DNA of 64,000 nt from Calcarisporiella thermophila CBS 279.70 (Eukaryota > Fungi > Calcarisporiellomycota), in the NCBI RefSeq assembly GCF_041956535.1, contig NW_027192212.1, positions 264,970-328,969 of the forward strand, in the 5' to 3' direction. Shown one piece after another: positions 1 through 11,134 of the stretch. A program made the translations under genes and the position numbers. Numbering within the stretch: position 1 is the first letter of the stretch; the number at the start of each line of letters is the position of its first letter. The notes below the pieces were generated by a model that made no database searches, had not been told where the DNA came from, and saw only the letters and a program-made list of their open reading frames with translations.

Positions 1-15
1 ATGGCGGATTTCTCT

Positions 16-2160
16 CTATTCGAGAACGGCTCCATGATCGGGGGGGTCACGTAGAGTAGCGGTGAGCGGGTATTGGATGACGGAGGGGGGGGGCAGAGAG
101 GGGAGGGCCCGGTATTTGGCCTTGATGGGGGTGGCCTCGTTCTCCGCGCTCTTGATGGGCAGGATGGGCACGAAATCGGGCGCCGTCTTCGAGGGAAGGT
201 CGGGCATGCTTCTCATTTCCAGAGGCGTCCCCGAGCGTGCCCTGCTCTCCCCTCGGGCCTCCTCGGGGGCCACGTCCACAAACGCCGGAAGTCGAAGGCC
301 ACCCAGCTTGCTGGTGCCCCGCTTCTTTTTCTTTTTGCTCTTCTTCGCGGAGTGCGCCTCGTCCACCGTCAAGCGTTCCGCGAAACTCGACCTCGTCGCC
401 ATCGTGTGGGTGCTCTCCTCCGACAGCTCGGACGCAAACGAGATGGTGGAGGTGTACTTGCTCTCCGACACGTCCTCCTCCGATCGCCGGAACGAGAAGG
501 GCAGGTGCTGCAACGACCGCTGGACCCAGCTTCGCGCCTGACTCCTCCTCTTGTGGGGTGCGAAGGCGGCACCGAAAGGCTGTCGCAGATGATGCTCCTC
601 CGATACCGACGACCTCCTAGACGCCTCCCCGTCCTCCCCATTCGCCTCCTCCAGTGCCGAGACTTGGGAGAGCGGGCTTGGTCTCTGGACCGAGATGCGT
701 ATGGACTGCCGCCGCGCCGTGGTGGCCTCGTTGTTCTCGAGCGAAAACCATGCGGCGAGGTCGGATTCCCTCCCACCACCCCCGTGCTCTCCCCCCGCAC
801 CCCCACTTCCCGCCGGCGAGAAGAGCTCTGGCAGGCGAGGCGGTGGGTTGCGAATCATTTGCTCGTCAATTTCCACCTTGAAATTGAGGTTAAATGCGTC
901 GCCCAGATCGATCCCCAGGGCAAGCGGTGCATCCTCGGGGAGGGGCGGTAGCTCTTTCGTGTCGAGGTAGGAAGAGCGCCCACTGCCGGTGCTGGAGCGG
1001 CGTCGCAGCATGGCCCCGCTGACACTCACTGTGCTGGTGCGCTGTGCTAAGCGTGACGGCAGGCGCCTCTGATTGGGCAAGTCAGCCGGGGTCGGTGGGG
1101 TGGGCGGGCGGATCAAAAGCGGCTCGGATGCGTGCACGCACACGACCCGCGTGCGCGGTGCGGTCGCTGGGAATATATTTTCGTTGATTTGCGCGAGCAT
1201 GGCAATTTCGGCAGGCTGTCCCTTGACCTTCTCGGCTGCCGCGGGAGGTTTATTGGGAGCTGCTCCCGCCCTCTCTCCCGCCTGCAGACTAGCGCCATTC
1301 CGCGGTCGGCCAGAATTCGGCTTTTCGCCCAACGAGGAGGTGGGGGCGGGGATGGGGGTTGCGAGGGTGACTGCGGTTTTGGTTGAGTTTGGTACGGATG
1401 CGGTGGCTGCGGTGGGCGAGGTGGGTGATGTGGGCGAGGTAGGGGGCGACGGCGAGGAAATGAGGGGTGGCGATGATTCTGGGTCTGTTGGAAGGTGAGT
1501 GCTCGAGGAATTGTTGGAGAGCGTGGCGAGCAGCGTGGATAGAAGAGAGGAGTTGTTGTGCTCCGGTTTTGCATTAGAGGTATCCTCTTGCACCCCCTCC
1601 TCTCCCCTCGCTTCCTCTTCCTCCCCCTCCTCCGCTTCCCCATAGCCCTCTTCCAAATCGTTGATCTTGCCATGTTCCATCTCATCGCCCTCCATGTCTA
1701 GCGCCATGCCCGCTATATCATTCCCATCGTCTTCCGCACTCTGCTGTTCAATCATCATTACATATTCATTGATTATCTCCTCCACATTATCCGTCAAGGG
1801 CACAAGGGCAGCGTCATCGCCGATGAATTGCCACATTCCCCTTGGCAATTCCAGAAATTCCGGGGGTGTGTTACGATAGAACCGCTCAAGAAAATTCTTG
1901 ATCAGTAGGCGCTTGCGCATCGAGTGAGAATCATAGGAAGAGAAGGTCAGCTGTGCGAGTTTGTAGTTGGTCATCGCGGCCATTTGGTCCGGCGTGTAGG
2001 GCATTAAGTTGAAGGAGAGTAATGGCGGTGCGGATGTGGAGTAGCGGTGACTGGAGAAGAGAGTTGGGGGTTTTGGAGGGGGTAGAGGAGGAGCATCGGT
2101 GGGTGGCGGAAGCGGTTGAGATGTGTGGGATTCAGTGTTGGAAGAATATGCAATTGGCAT
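16..2160 (-). CDS. Hypothetical low-complexity protein (Pro/Ser/Glu-rich, likely disordered); true start may be the ATG at 2004
   Basis: 714-codon uninterrupted, GC-rich ORF. A short ordered-looking segment near the N-terminus (MTNYKLAQL...SMRKRLLIKNFLERF) is followed by acidic and Pro/Ser tracts and a KKSKKKKKR basic patch. No family recognised with certainty. Confidence 0.7.
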   Translation of the reverse strand: MPIAYSSNTESHTSQPLPPPTDAPPLPPPKPPTLFSSHRYSTSAPPLLSFNLMPYTPDQMAAMTNYKLAQLTFSSYDSHSMRKRLLIKNFLERFYRNTPPEFLELPRGMWQFIGDDAALVPLTDNVEEIINEYVMMIEQQSAEDDGNDIAGMALDMEGDEMEHGKINDLEEGYGEAEEGEEEEARGEEGVQEDTSNAKPEHNNSSLLSTLLATLSNNSSSTHLPTDPESSPPLISSPSPPTSPTSPTSPTAATASVPNSTKTAVTLATPIPAPTSSLGEKPNSGRPRNGASLQAGERAGAAPNKPPAAAEKVKGQPAEIAMLAQINENIFPATAPRTRVVCVHASEPLLIRPPTPPTPADLPNQRRLPSRLAQRTSTVSVSGAMLRRRSSTGSGRSSYLDTKELPPLPEDAPLALGIDLGDAFNLNFKVEIDEQMIRNPPPRLPELFSPAGSGGAGGEHGGGGRESDLAAWFSLENNEATTARRQSIRISVQRPSPLSQVSALEEANGEDGEASRRSSVSEEHHLRQPFGAAFAPHKRRSQARSWVQRSLQHLPFSFRRSEEDVSESKYTSTISFASELSEESTHTMATRSSFAERLTVDEAHSAKKSKKKKKRGTSKLGGLRLPAFVDVAPEEARGESRARSGTPLEMRSMPDLPSKTAPDFVPILPIKSAENEATPIKAKYRALPSLPPPSVIQYPLTATLRDPPDHGAVLE

Positions 2161-3040
2161 TGCTATATAATATGCGAGAGAAAAGATCGCTTAAAGCAAA
2201 CAATGGATGGATTGGGAGGGCACTCCTGACAAAAGCAAAAGAAAAGGAGAGATTTGGAAATGATAAAGCATAAAGAGGGAAGAGGGAAGCAAAGAGTGTC
2301 GATGGGTGAGAATGAATGAAATGAATGAGAGTCGATTGGATGGGAGCTAGAGAATTGGGGTCAATCTAAGCACTCCAAGTGCAGAGCCAATGATGAATGC
2401 TCAGGCGAAGATAAAGAAAGGAAAACCAATGGATTAGATGTAGGTACAGTGCAACGTGATGGCGGAAAATGCCGTTAATTCATAAAGAGGAGAGAAGAGG
2501 GGAAAAGACGGATGCAGCGGTCTTGGAGATTCAAAATAGGCAACGATAGAATCCCTCTGCACAGTTGGAAAAAAAGAGTCAAGCAACCACCAAATTTCGA
2601 GGGAAATTAAACGTTACAAGATGAAGGCTCAAAACAATCAAAATCCCATCTTAAACCAGTATTTCAAGCACGAAACCTTGTGCTCTTGCGGCTCTCCTCC
2701 CCTTTCATATTGCAATAAGCGGTTCCATGACTTGTCAATCCTCAGCGGCCATCTCGTCCCTTGGGCCATTGGCCGCGTCTCACCCTGCCGAATCGGTTAG
2801 TTTCTTAGCCTTGAATAGGCAACGGTAGTCTCGAGCTCCAAGGATACGTTAATCAGCCACTGAGGGTTAGGTTAGGTTAGCCGCCCTCAACATAGCGGTT
2901 GGTCAGCAGCAATCACTTATTGACCCGACTTCATTCATATGAAATCGATAGATAAAGCCAGCCCCTCTCTCTTGCATTCTGTCAGAACATTCAGGCAGCT
3001 ATTTATCCAATCCCCCTAAACATCACTGCACAATTCAACC

Positions 3041-4365
3041 ATGGCTGGTGAAGGAATGTCCATCGAGGATGTGATTGGATTGGAGGAATTAGATTTAAAT
3101 CTCTTCCGCAGTCGGACCCTCTACGTGCCGCCCTTTGCTCAGGGTGTCTTCGGTAAACTCAAAAGGGTTCGCGAGTTTATGCTCCACTGTCTAAAATGAA
3201 TTTATTCCTTAGGTGGCCAGGTGGTCTCCCACTCATTGTATGCTGCCTACAAGACCGTCGACGAGGAGTTTTCTGCTCACGTAAGCAATCGCATTCCTAT
3301 GCCATGCCTGTTCTTTTTCAGCTGACCCCTTGGCTTCGTTTTATAGAGCCTTCACTGCTACTTTATTTATCCTGCAACCAACGCCACCCCGATCCTATAC
3401 GATGTAGAGCGAGTGCGGGACGGCAAAACATATGCAACCCGCGTGGTAAAGGCCCGGCAGAACGGGCGAAGTGTATTTATATTGGCCTGCAGCTTTTCGA
3501 AAAGAGAAAAAACAGAATTCAGTCACCAAGTAAGTCCGAGAGGAGAGTGACCGTTTCATCATGGTCGACCTGTCAACTTGCCCTTTTGGTGCTCTGCTTA
3601 CATTATGTTTTTTTTTTGTCTAGTATACTATGCCGAAGGTCCCGCCTCCGGAGGAGATCATGAGGTATGGAGTTAGCTCCCAGCTTTTCCTCCGACCCCA
3701 CCTTTTTTACAACTGATTCATCTAATTTTGAAAATGGATCCATCTTAGTGAAACGGAGCGCTACCAACTTGTGCTGAAGGACCCTCGTTGCAATAGAGCG
3801 ATCCGCAGCGTGATTCAGAGTTATCTTGATCTGGTACGGATATACAAACCTGGTTTAGCGCATCTCAGTGGGCGGTATTTTCTAAATTTCTTTATTTGGT
3901 TCACTCTAGCCGCCGAAGCCCATCGAATTCCGCCATATCCTTACCTTCCCAGAAGAGGGTTACCTGATACCCCCCGAGAAAACCAATCGCAGGACCGCGT
4001 GGTTCCGTGCTAACGGCAATCTCCGCGACGACCCTCGATTGCACCACTGTATTCTGGCCTACGCCTCGGACGAAGCCTTCATCACGACTTCGGGCCTCCC
4101 CCTTGGCATCGCTTATAATACCGATCCATATTATTCCATGTTGGTCAGCCTGGACCACACGGTCTACTTCCATGAGGAATTTAGGGCCGACGAGTGGCTG
4201 CTTTTCGACATGGAGACCCCTCGATTGAACAATGCCCGCGGCCTCGTGCTCGGCAGGATTTACAGACAGGATGGTGTCTTGGTGGCCAGTGTCGTGCAGG
4301 AAGGGGTAGTGCGCATCAATCACAGGAAGAAAAAGAAAACGCAGCCCCAAGAAAGCAAACTCTAG
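3041..4365 (+). CDS. Acyl-CoA thioesterase II (TesB/TES1/ACOT8 family), peroxisomal; 6 exons
   Basis: Manual splicing over 5 GT-AG introns gives VFGGQV, SLHCYF, VERVRDGKTY, LAYASDE, SLDHTVYFH, DEWLL and QEGVVR. Ends in PTS1 -SKL. Confidence 0.93.
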
Positions 4366-5099
4366 TGACGTGTCAGGATATCCCCTTTTCCTTTCCCCCT
4401 ACCCCCTCCCTCCTATATTCTTCTCTATCCCCCCTCCCTCCTCCATTCTCCTTTATCCCCTCTACCTACACTATTTCACTTACGGAGTAATCCAAGTATT
4501 TATAGAGTTTAAGCTACCATTAGATAAGATTCATGAATAAACTTTAGCATTCAGAGACGACTCTGTCTCGATCGCTGCGAATGGACTGACCGAGAAAGTC
4601 GAGAACTGAGTTGCTGAGAGCTTGTGGGTTTCACTCATGGTTCTGGCTAAACTCACTATGAGGACGGCCTGGATTTTTCCAGTGTTCCACCCCTCTTTTC
4701 CACCGTTCGACAAAGGGTTCATACTGATATTGAATTGATAATAGTGTTGTAGTGTAGAGACCTCCGGCCAATTATGAGATACATCTTATGCCCGAGCCAT
4801 GATGGGATGGTCCCTTCGTGCCGTTCCACGTATTTATATTTGTTTCACAGCCAGCACATTCTCACGAGCCACCCATTTTTATCACAAAATATGAAGAGTA
4901 ACGACTACGCGTTCTTTTGATTAGAAACGCCAGGGGTATTCCACAGACGAAACCCAAGCGAATTGAGCACACAGTAAAAAGGCAATGGGGTTTAGAAGTC
5001 GAGAGGACCTTTTCTCTTCAGTCTATCCGATTTTGAAGCCACGCGGCAGTAAAGAGTGGTATCGTATGCTCAACACCGGCTAAAAGCCCAATCGATACG

Positions 5100-6437
5100 A
5101 TGGAAAATAGAACCGATCTCGTCGAGGACCTAATAATACTGGACAAGTTGGGCGAGAATAGCTTTCGCAGTCGAAGGCTTGCTCCTCCTCACGTTCCACT
5201 GGGCCATACCGCTGTTTATGGTAGCCATGATCTCCCAATGGCCTTGCACTTCTATGGCACTAACGCGAACAAATGTAATTCCTCCAGGTGGTCAATTGGT
5301 CGCCCAATGTCTGTATGCAGCCAGTCAAACCGTAGAAGGTGAATACTTTGTCCATGTAAATGTTCCTCTTTCTTTTGGCTCCAGGAGCACTATCTTCCCC
5401 CCTCCCTCCTCGCTTACTCCTCCTGTTTAAACTATGACAGAGCCTTCACACCTATTTCATCCATCCCTCCTTTCCCGAAAAGCCTATTCATTTTGAGGTG
5501 GAGCGGATCCGTGACGGCAAAACATATAAGATTCGCCTTGTCATAGCAATCCAAAATGGACAGAGAGCAGTGATGATGGCCTGTAGCTTTTCTAGAAAAA
5601 CGAAGAGTAAATACAGTCACCAAGTAGGTCCGATGTTCACAAGACTGAACCATGGATTCCATGCTTACTCTATTTTTGGCACTAGTTTTCAATGCCGCCT
5701 GTTCCAGCTCCGGAAGAGATTATGAAGTAGACATTTTGCCACATTTTGCTCCCTTTTTTCCACAATGTATTGATTTTGGGTTTACTTAATGGATTGCAGT
5801 GATCGAGATCGCTATCTTACTGTTATGAAAGATCCTCGTTGCACAGGTCCGATCTATAAATACCTTGAAAAAGCATTGGAAGTGGTAAGTAGTCAATAGG
5901 TTCTAGCTTTTATTTACCCTGTTTTCGCCCCTGTCATGAATATCTTGTGGATGCTGATCTCCTTCTGTATTTCTACAGACTCTAAAGCATATTGAATGTC
6001 GTTATATCGTCTCCTCCCCAGATGAGGGCATCTTAATCCCCCCTAAGAAGGCTTCCCGCAGATACGCCTGGCTGCGCGTCATCAAACCGTTCGACGATTG
6101 CCACCAGTCACTTCACCGCTGCGCATTAGCCTACGCTTCGGACGAAAGAATTTTGACAGTAGCTGGCCTTCCTCTTGGCATTGGATTTGGCACGGATCCC
6201 TACCTCTCGATGCTGACCAGCCTTGACCACACCATGTATTTCCATGATGATTTCCAGGCCGATGAATGGCTTCTCTACGAGATCGAGTCCCCGCGATTGA
6301 AGGATGAGCGAGGGCTTGTCAATAGTAGAGTGTATCGACGAGATGGGACCTTAGTGGCAAACGTGATACAAGAAGGAGTGGTACGGCTAGCCTCTGGGAG
6401 TCTTGCACAAATGCTGAAGCAAAAGGGCAGACTATAG
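5100..6437 (+). CDS. Second acyl-CoA thioesterase II paralog (tandem duplicate); 6 exons
   Basis: VYGGQL, SLHTYF, VERIRDGKTY, LAYASDE, SLDHTMYFH, DEWLL and QEGVVR. Five introns at the same positions as the upstream copy. Ends -KGRL. Confidence 0.92.
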
Positions 6438-6613
6438 TGGATCAGGAGAGTGATATCAAGCCAGCTTTTTATATTTTCCTTCTATTGATTTTACAATCTG
6501 AACCTGGAGAATATGCATATTTTTCTATTATTATTATTGTAATTATGGTTATTTTATTTATGAAGGGGATGGTGGAAGAGACAATTTTATAAAGGACAGG
6601 ACGTGGAATCATT

Positions 6614-8271
6614 TTAATAAACACCCGGAAGAATACGGTATTTAACCAGCTGGCAGTAGCGCTCCCAGTCCTTGCCATATTTGTTCCTGCATTTTTCGTC
6701 ATCCCGGCGATCACGGTGCACCAGAAGAACGGTCATGTAAACAGGGTAGAAGTAGGGAATAGGAGTGGAGAAGCCTATCCAAGGGAAGAAAAAGGACGTT
6801 AGGGATAGTGCTCTACCAAAAGTAGTGTGGAGTGGAAGAAGAGATCGAGGGATCATGGGGGGGGAGACTCACCACAAGGAAGTGACCAGGCTAGCGCCAT
6901 CAATAAATCACCCAGATAGTTGATGTGCCTGGCAACGCCCCACCATCCGGAAATCAAGAGTTTAGAACCGGTCTTCGTCTCGATATACTTGAGATGCTTG
7001 ACGCTCAGGCTATCAGGGTTGGTGCGGAACGCATTCTTTTGCCCGTTGCTGCCGCGGAAAATGTAATACCCACCAAACTGCACGGTAAGGATGGCAGCCA
7101 CCTCAATCAGAGAAAGATCGCGTGGGAAGTGCGAGAGATAGCGGGCTTGGAGAGAATAACTGAGAGGCACCCAAGCAAGGTTTCCAAAGGCAAGCATGTA
7201 GCCGAAGCCATCTTGAATGATGTCCATGGTGGTGAGAACCGCTGGCTGTAAGTCCAAATTAATCACCTTGGTTAGCCTCTGGAATCACTGGAGCCACCTC
7301 GCTCTTCACCCCTTACCTCGTTGAGGACGGCATCCACAATGTACCAGGACTGGAAAAAGAGCACTAGCATCATGCTGTTGGTGATACGCCCTCCCAACTC
7401 TTGGTACTGTTTAGCCGCAAAGCAGATATTAAGCAACATCCAGCCAATGAGACCGGGACGCAGCTCGATAAGATATTTCAGGTCAAAGTCTCCTATGCGT
7501 GGGTTGAGTTCACGGCCGATAAAATACTATCGTATGATCACGCCGATGTCAGAGTGGGACACTGTGGGGGTGTCGAGAAAAGGGTGCACTTACATCATAG
7601 AGGAAGTTGCCCGTGTTTCCCCCCAGAGCAAGCAAACGGCCTTTTCCGAAGCTGCGCACATAGAGGTAGAGAGAGAAGACGGCGGAAAAAAGCGTGGCGG
7701 TCGTAATGAGACCGAGGAAATGTTCCGTTACAATAATAAACGGCGTGGTTCCGTATTGGTAGAAGAGAGCAAGGGTGGTCAAGAGGGTTGCAATTAGTGT
7801 CTTGAAGGCTGGAGAGAATATACACATATAAGAAAAGACAAAGAAACACGGCGGTCAGGCATTCCTCTACCCAACTCGGAAAAAAGCCATGAGCGTACCA
7901 TTGATCTTGTAGTGTAACCTGGATCCATCACGCAGTAATGTTCCCGGAATCCACGGGCCGGGGAGAACAAAATATAAAACTGTTAAATAGGCTAGAAACC
8001 CTAAGTATATCAGCGCAGCGGTGGGATCGAACAGCTTCTCTACTTGAACCGAAGGTAGAGAGGCGAGATTCGGACAGCCGTCGGCATTGCAAAAGTATGC
8101 GAAACCATAGAGGACGGCCGGGCAGCCAAGCATTACGAAGAGGGCACCAGGTGTGCCCATAAATTCGTAATGAGTTGTGCGCGGGTTAAGCTCCTCGGAC
8201 CGAGCATCATGCTTGCCATTGCCAGCGGGGTTAGGTGGGAATGTCGATTTTCGCTGTGTAAGATTAGACAT
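6614..8271 (-). CDS. ERG24: Delta(14)-sterol reductase (ERG4/ERG24 family); 5 exons
   Basis: LNPRTTHYEF, GRELNPR, LTTMDI..DGFGYMLAFG, LLISGWWGVARHINYLGD and HRDRRDDEKC..KYG..W..Y...VKYRILPGVY; canonical introns. Confidence 0.93.
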
Positions 8272-8766
8272 GCCTGTGGGAATAGAAAAAACAGCTCTTC
8301 CCCTCCTCAACTATCGAGGGCTCTTTTTATTGTTGAGATACTTCCAGCTAAACTCTCCCGCTCGTTTGCATTCAATCGTCCTATTTCATTTACAGCCAAT
8401 CAGCGAGAGTACCGGGTTAAGAGAGGGCTCAATTTGCTATACACAAACAGTCCTAAGGCACCGTTCTTCATTATCACAATAAAGACATAGTTTGACCATT
8501 CTTAGGTCTTCCACAGCGACAGTGCTTTCCGCTCTTTGCAAATAAAACTATAAATAAAAGTCTCCGCGCTATTCTGGGCTTGAGCTTGGCACCAGCTGTC
8601 TTAATATGATCCCTCCAGTCCCACTCTTCGCGTCAGAAGAGCATTCCTTCGGAGGGCAAAGTGTGAAGTGACTTACAATATCGACAACTTTCTTGAGCTC
8701 TGCGTCAGAAACATTATACAAACATGAATTATTTATTAAGATGCAATGAATATTTCAACATAACGC

Positions 8767-9759
8767 TTATAGCTCCTCATTCTCAATCGCATGCCCCTTA
8801 TACCCCGCCTTCGCAATATATCGCTTGGCACAGCGGAGAACGGCTTTTCTTGCGTGTTCACGTATCTCTCTTCCTGCAAATCCGCCAAATATCTGCTCAA
8901 ATTCATAAGGCTTAACACGGCTCCAAATCTGATGCACTGCATCGGGATGGAGAGGGATAAGATTCGGGTAGGAGAACATAAATGAAGTGGATTTATCAGG
9001 ATTGACGAAAATGGTATCAGCGGTGAATAGCACTGGTTTGGGATCTGGAAGAAGTGGAATGAAAAGTCATTGAATGGTGTTAGGACGCGCTTGTCAAACA
9101 ACTCAAGTCCCCATTTCAGAATTCTGTGCTTACCTCTCTTCCAAAGCAAAACGCTGCTCCCATCAAAATGCCCGCCGCATTTGATGACCTTCACATCCTC
9201 CGTCAGCTCCAGCTCCGTGCCCTCCCAGAAATTGATGCAATCATCGGGCCGCATCATCCACTGTCTGTCCTCTGCAGCAATGTAAACAGGGATTCCACCG
9301 AAAGCTCGGCTCCATTCCACGCAGGAGTCAAAGAAATGGGGATGCGAGATCACGATGCACTCCAAGCCCCCGAGGGCGCGGATGTGCTCCACCGATGACG
9401 GGTCGATGAGGGAGAGGCAGTCCCAGAGAATATTGCCGCGTGGGGTCCGCAGCAGAAATGCTAAAGTTCAACGAGTCATATTAATGGATCACGTGGCTTC
9501 CGCCGTGAAAGCCGAGATATGGGTTACCTCGCTGCCCAATGGCAAACTCCGGCTCAATGGTGATGGCGATGATCCGTGGATCCTCCTTGTCGGGTTTGAA
9601 GACGAGGCGATGGTACTTCTGGAGCGCATCGAATGTCGTCCACTGCTGGCCGCGGGAGCCTACGAACTGGCGCTCGTCTTCACAAATCGGGCACGAGTCG
9701 GGCGGCGCTGGCGTCTCTGCATACTGGATGCCGCAGGTGGTGCAGATGTAGTTGGGCAT
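8767..9759 (-). CDS. Metallo-beta-lactamase-fold hydrolase with N-terminal CxxC...CxxC knuckle; 3 exons
   Basis: ICTTCGIQY...CPICEDERQFV, FAIGQRA, ISHPHF, CGGHFDGS and SFMFSYPNLIPL, the signature of a widespread uncharacterised MBL-fold family. Two GT-AG introns join the three ORF pieces. Confidence 0.88.
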
Positions 9760-10857
9760 GTCGAGAAGGTTGCAATTGAAAATACTCGGCGTTCTTGGGC
9801 AGGATCAAAGGGGGGGGGAGCAGCTTATATAGGAAGAAGGATGAATAAGCCGGGCACTTGTGATGCCACACGGGCGATTGGAAGATTATTTAAGCGCTTT
9901 TGGATCCGAGCATGGGGTTAGGATTTCCCCCGAGTTTGAGCAAATTGGAGAGAATAGAGCTTGTGCCAGAGCATAACACTCGTATATGTCGGTCACGCCG
10001 CCACCTTAATATCGAAGGTGAACTCATCCTCCTTAGTCACCAGCGTCTCCAGTTGGCTGGAACTGATTGGTTTGTCGCGCGTTGTACCGGCCATCCAGCC
10101 CTCAGTACAAATGTCAACTGCACTAAGCTTTATTCCCACCCTCGGTCACACTCCCCAAATATATACCTATATGCCTATGAACACAGCCTGTACCCCTTGA
10201 TCCTGTGGATGCTCGTCTCGAGAGAGAACCAAAAGGATTCGCAATGAATCTACCGCTCGTGGCTACAATTCTTCTTCCGCCACTATTCAATTACGCCTGC
10301 TTCTGCAACTCTCTTCAACGAACCCAATTTAGGAAGCCGCAGGAGCATGTGTATGAGCCATTCGAGGAGCTTGCGGACCCGCTTGTTGGCTGGCTACCAA
10401 CGCGAAAGATAAACCCAAACCGAATTCTAGCAAGCGTATGAGAGCAACAGCTGCTTGCTCTATCGGCAATTTGGGAGCTGGAATATTGCTGCTAATGGCG
10501 CTTGTTCTACAAATAGATTGAGAATCCTAATAGGATATCGGATTTCCTTTTCAGGCAGGGCGTCCTCACACTCTCATAGAGTGGACAGTAGTTTACTTTA
10601 TGCGGGAGAATTTCATATTGCATGTAAAAGTATTGAATAGCAGGCCTCTGCAGTATGAAAGACTGAGTTTGACATATTATCCTTCCAGGTATTGTGGCAG
10701 CATTGGGGGGAGGGAGTTAATCCATGGAGGTACAAAAGAGATTAAGAGGGAGAGGAAGTTAGGAGGCTCTTTGATTTATTTAGAAGAATTAAAGATAATA
10801 CACTGAGGAAAGCATTTAAATGTCGGAAGCTATCTTTCAAATACATTCACACCCCTT

Positions 10858-11134
10858 TTACACCACTGCGGGTTGAGCAGTGCGGCGACGGCCGCAGCAA
10901 CGCATGAATATCCACGCAATCACAAATATAATGGCAAGTGCAATGAATACATGCACAAGGCCATGGGTGGGAATGGTATACACATGGGCAAGCCCCAGAA
11001 TCCTGCATCAAAGGGCACGCATCAGAAGCAACCCGTCTTTCCAAGCGGCATTGGCTCACTTACCAGACTACAAACAGAATGAGGGCGACGACGACGAGAC
11101 CGTCCCAGGCTGCAAATGCAATGCTAGTGCACAT
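10858..11134 (-). CDS. 71-aa two-helix membrane microprotein, lmo0937/DUF5670-like; 2 exons; absent from the ORF track
   Basis: Exon 1 11134-11064, intron 11063-11003 (GTAAGT...CTGAT...GCAG), exon 2 11002-10858. Translation: MCTSIAFAAWDGLVVVALILFVVWILGLAHVYTIPTHGLVHVFIALAIIFVIAWIFMRCCGRRRTAQPAVV*. A TATAAAA lies upstream near 11265. Confidence 0.82.

Noticed and set aside
62-1879. Many overlapping ORFs on both strands within the first gene
   Set aside because: Shadow frames of a GC-rich coding sequence, with no motifs or independent gene signals.
10847-11059. 70-aa Cys-rich, metallothionein-like ORF
   Set aside because: It has no ATG start and is an alternative frame of the intron and exon 2 of the 71-aa membrane protein gene, which has a proper ATG and splice sites.
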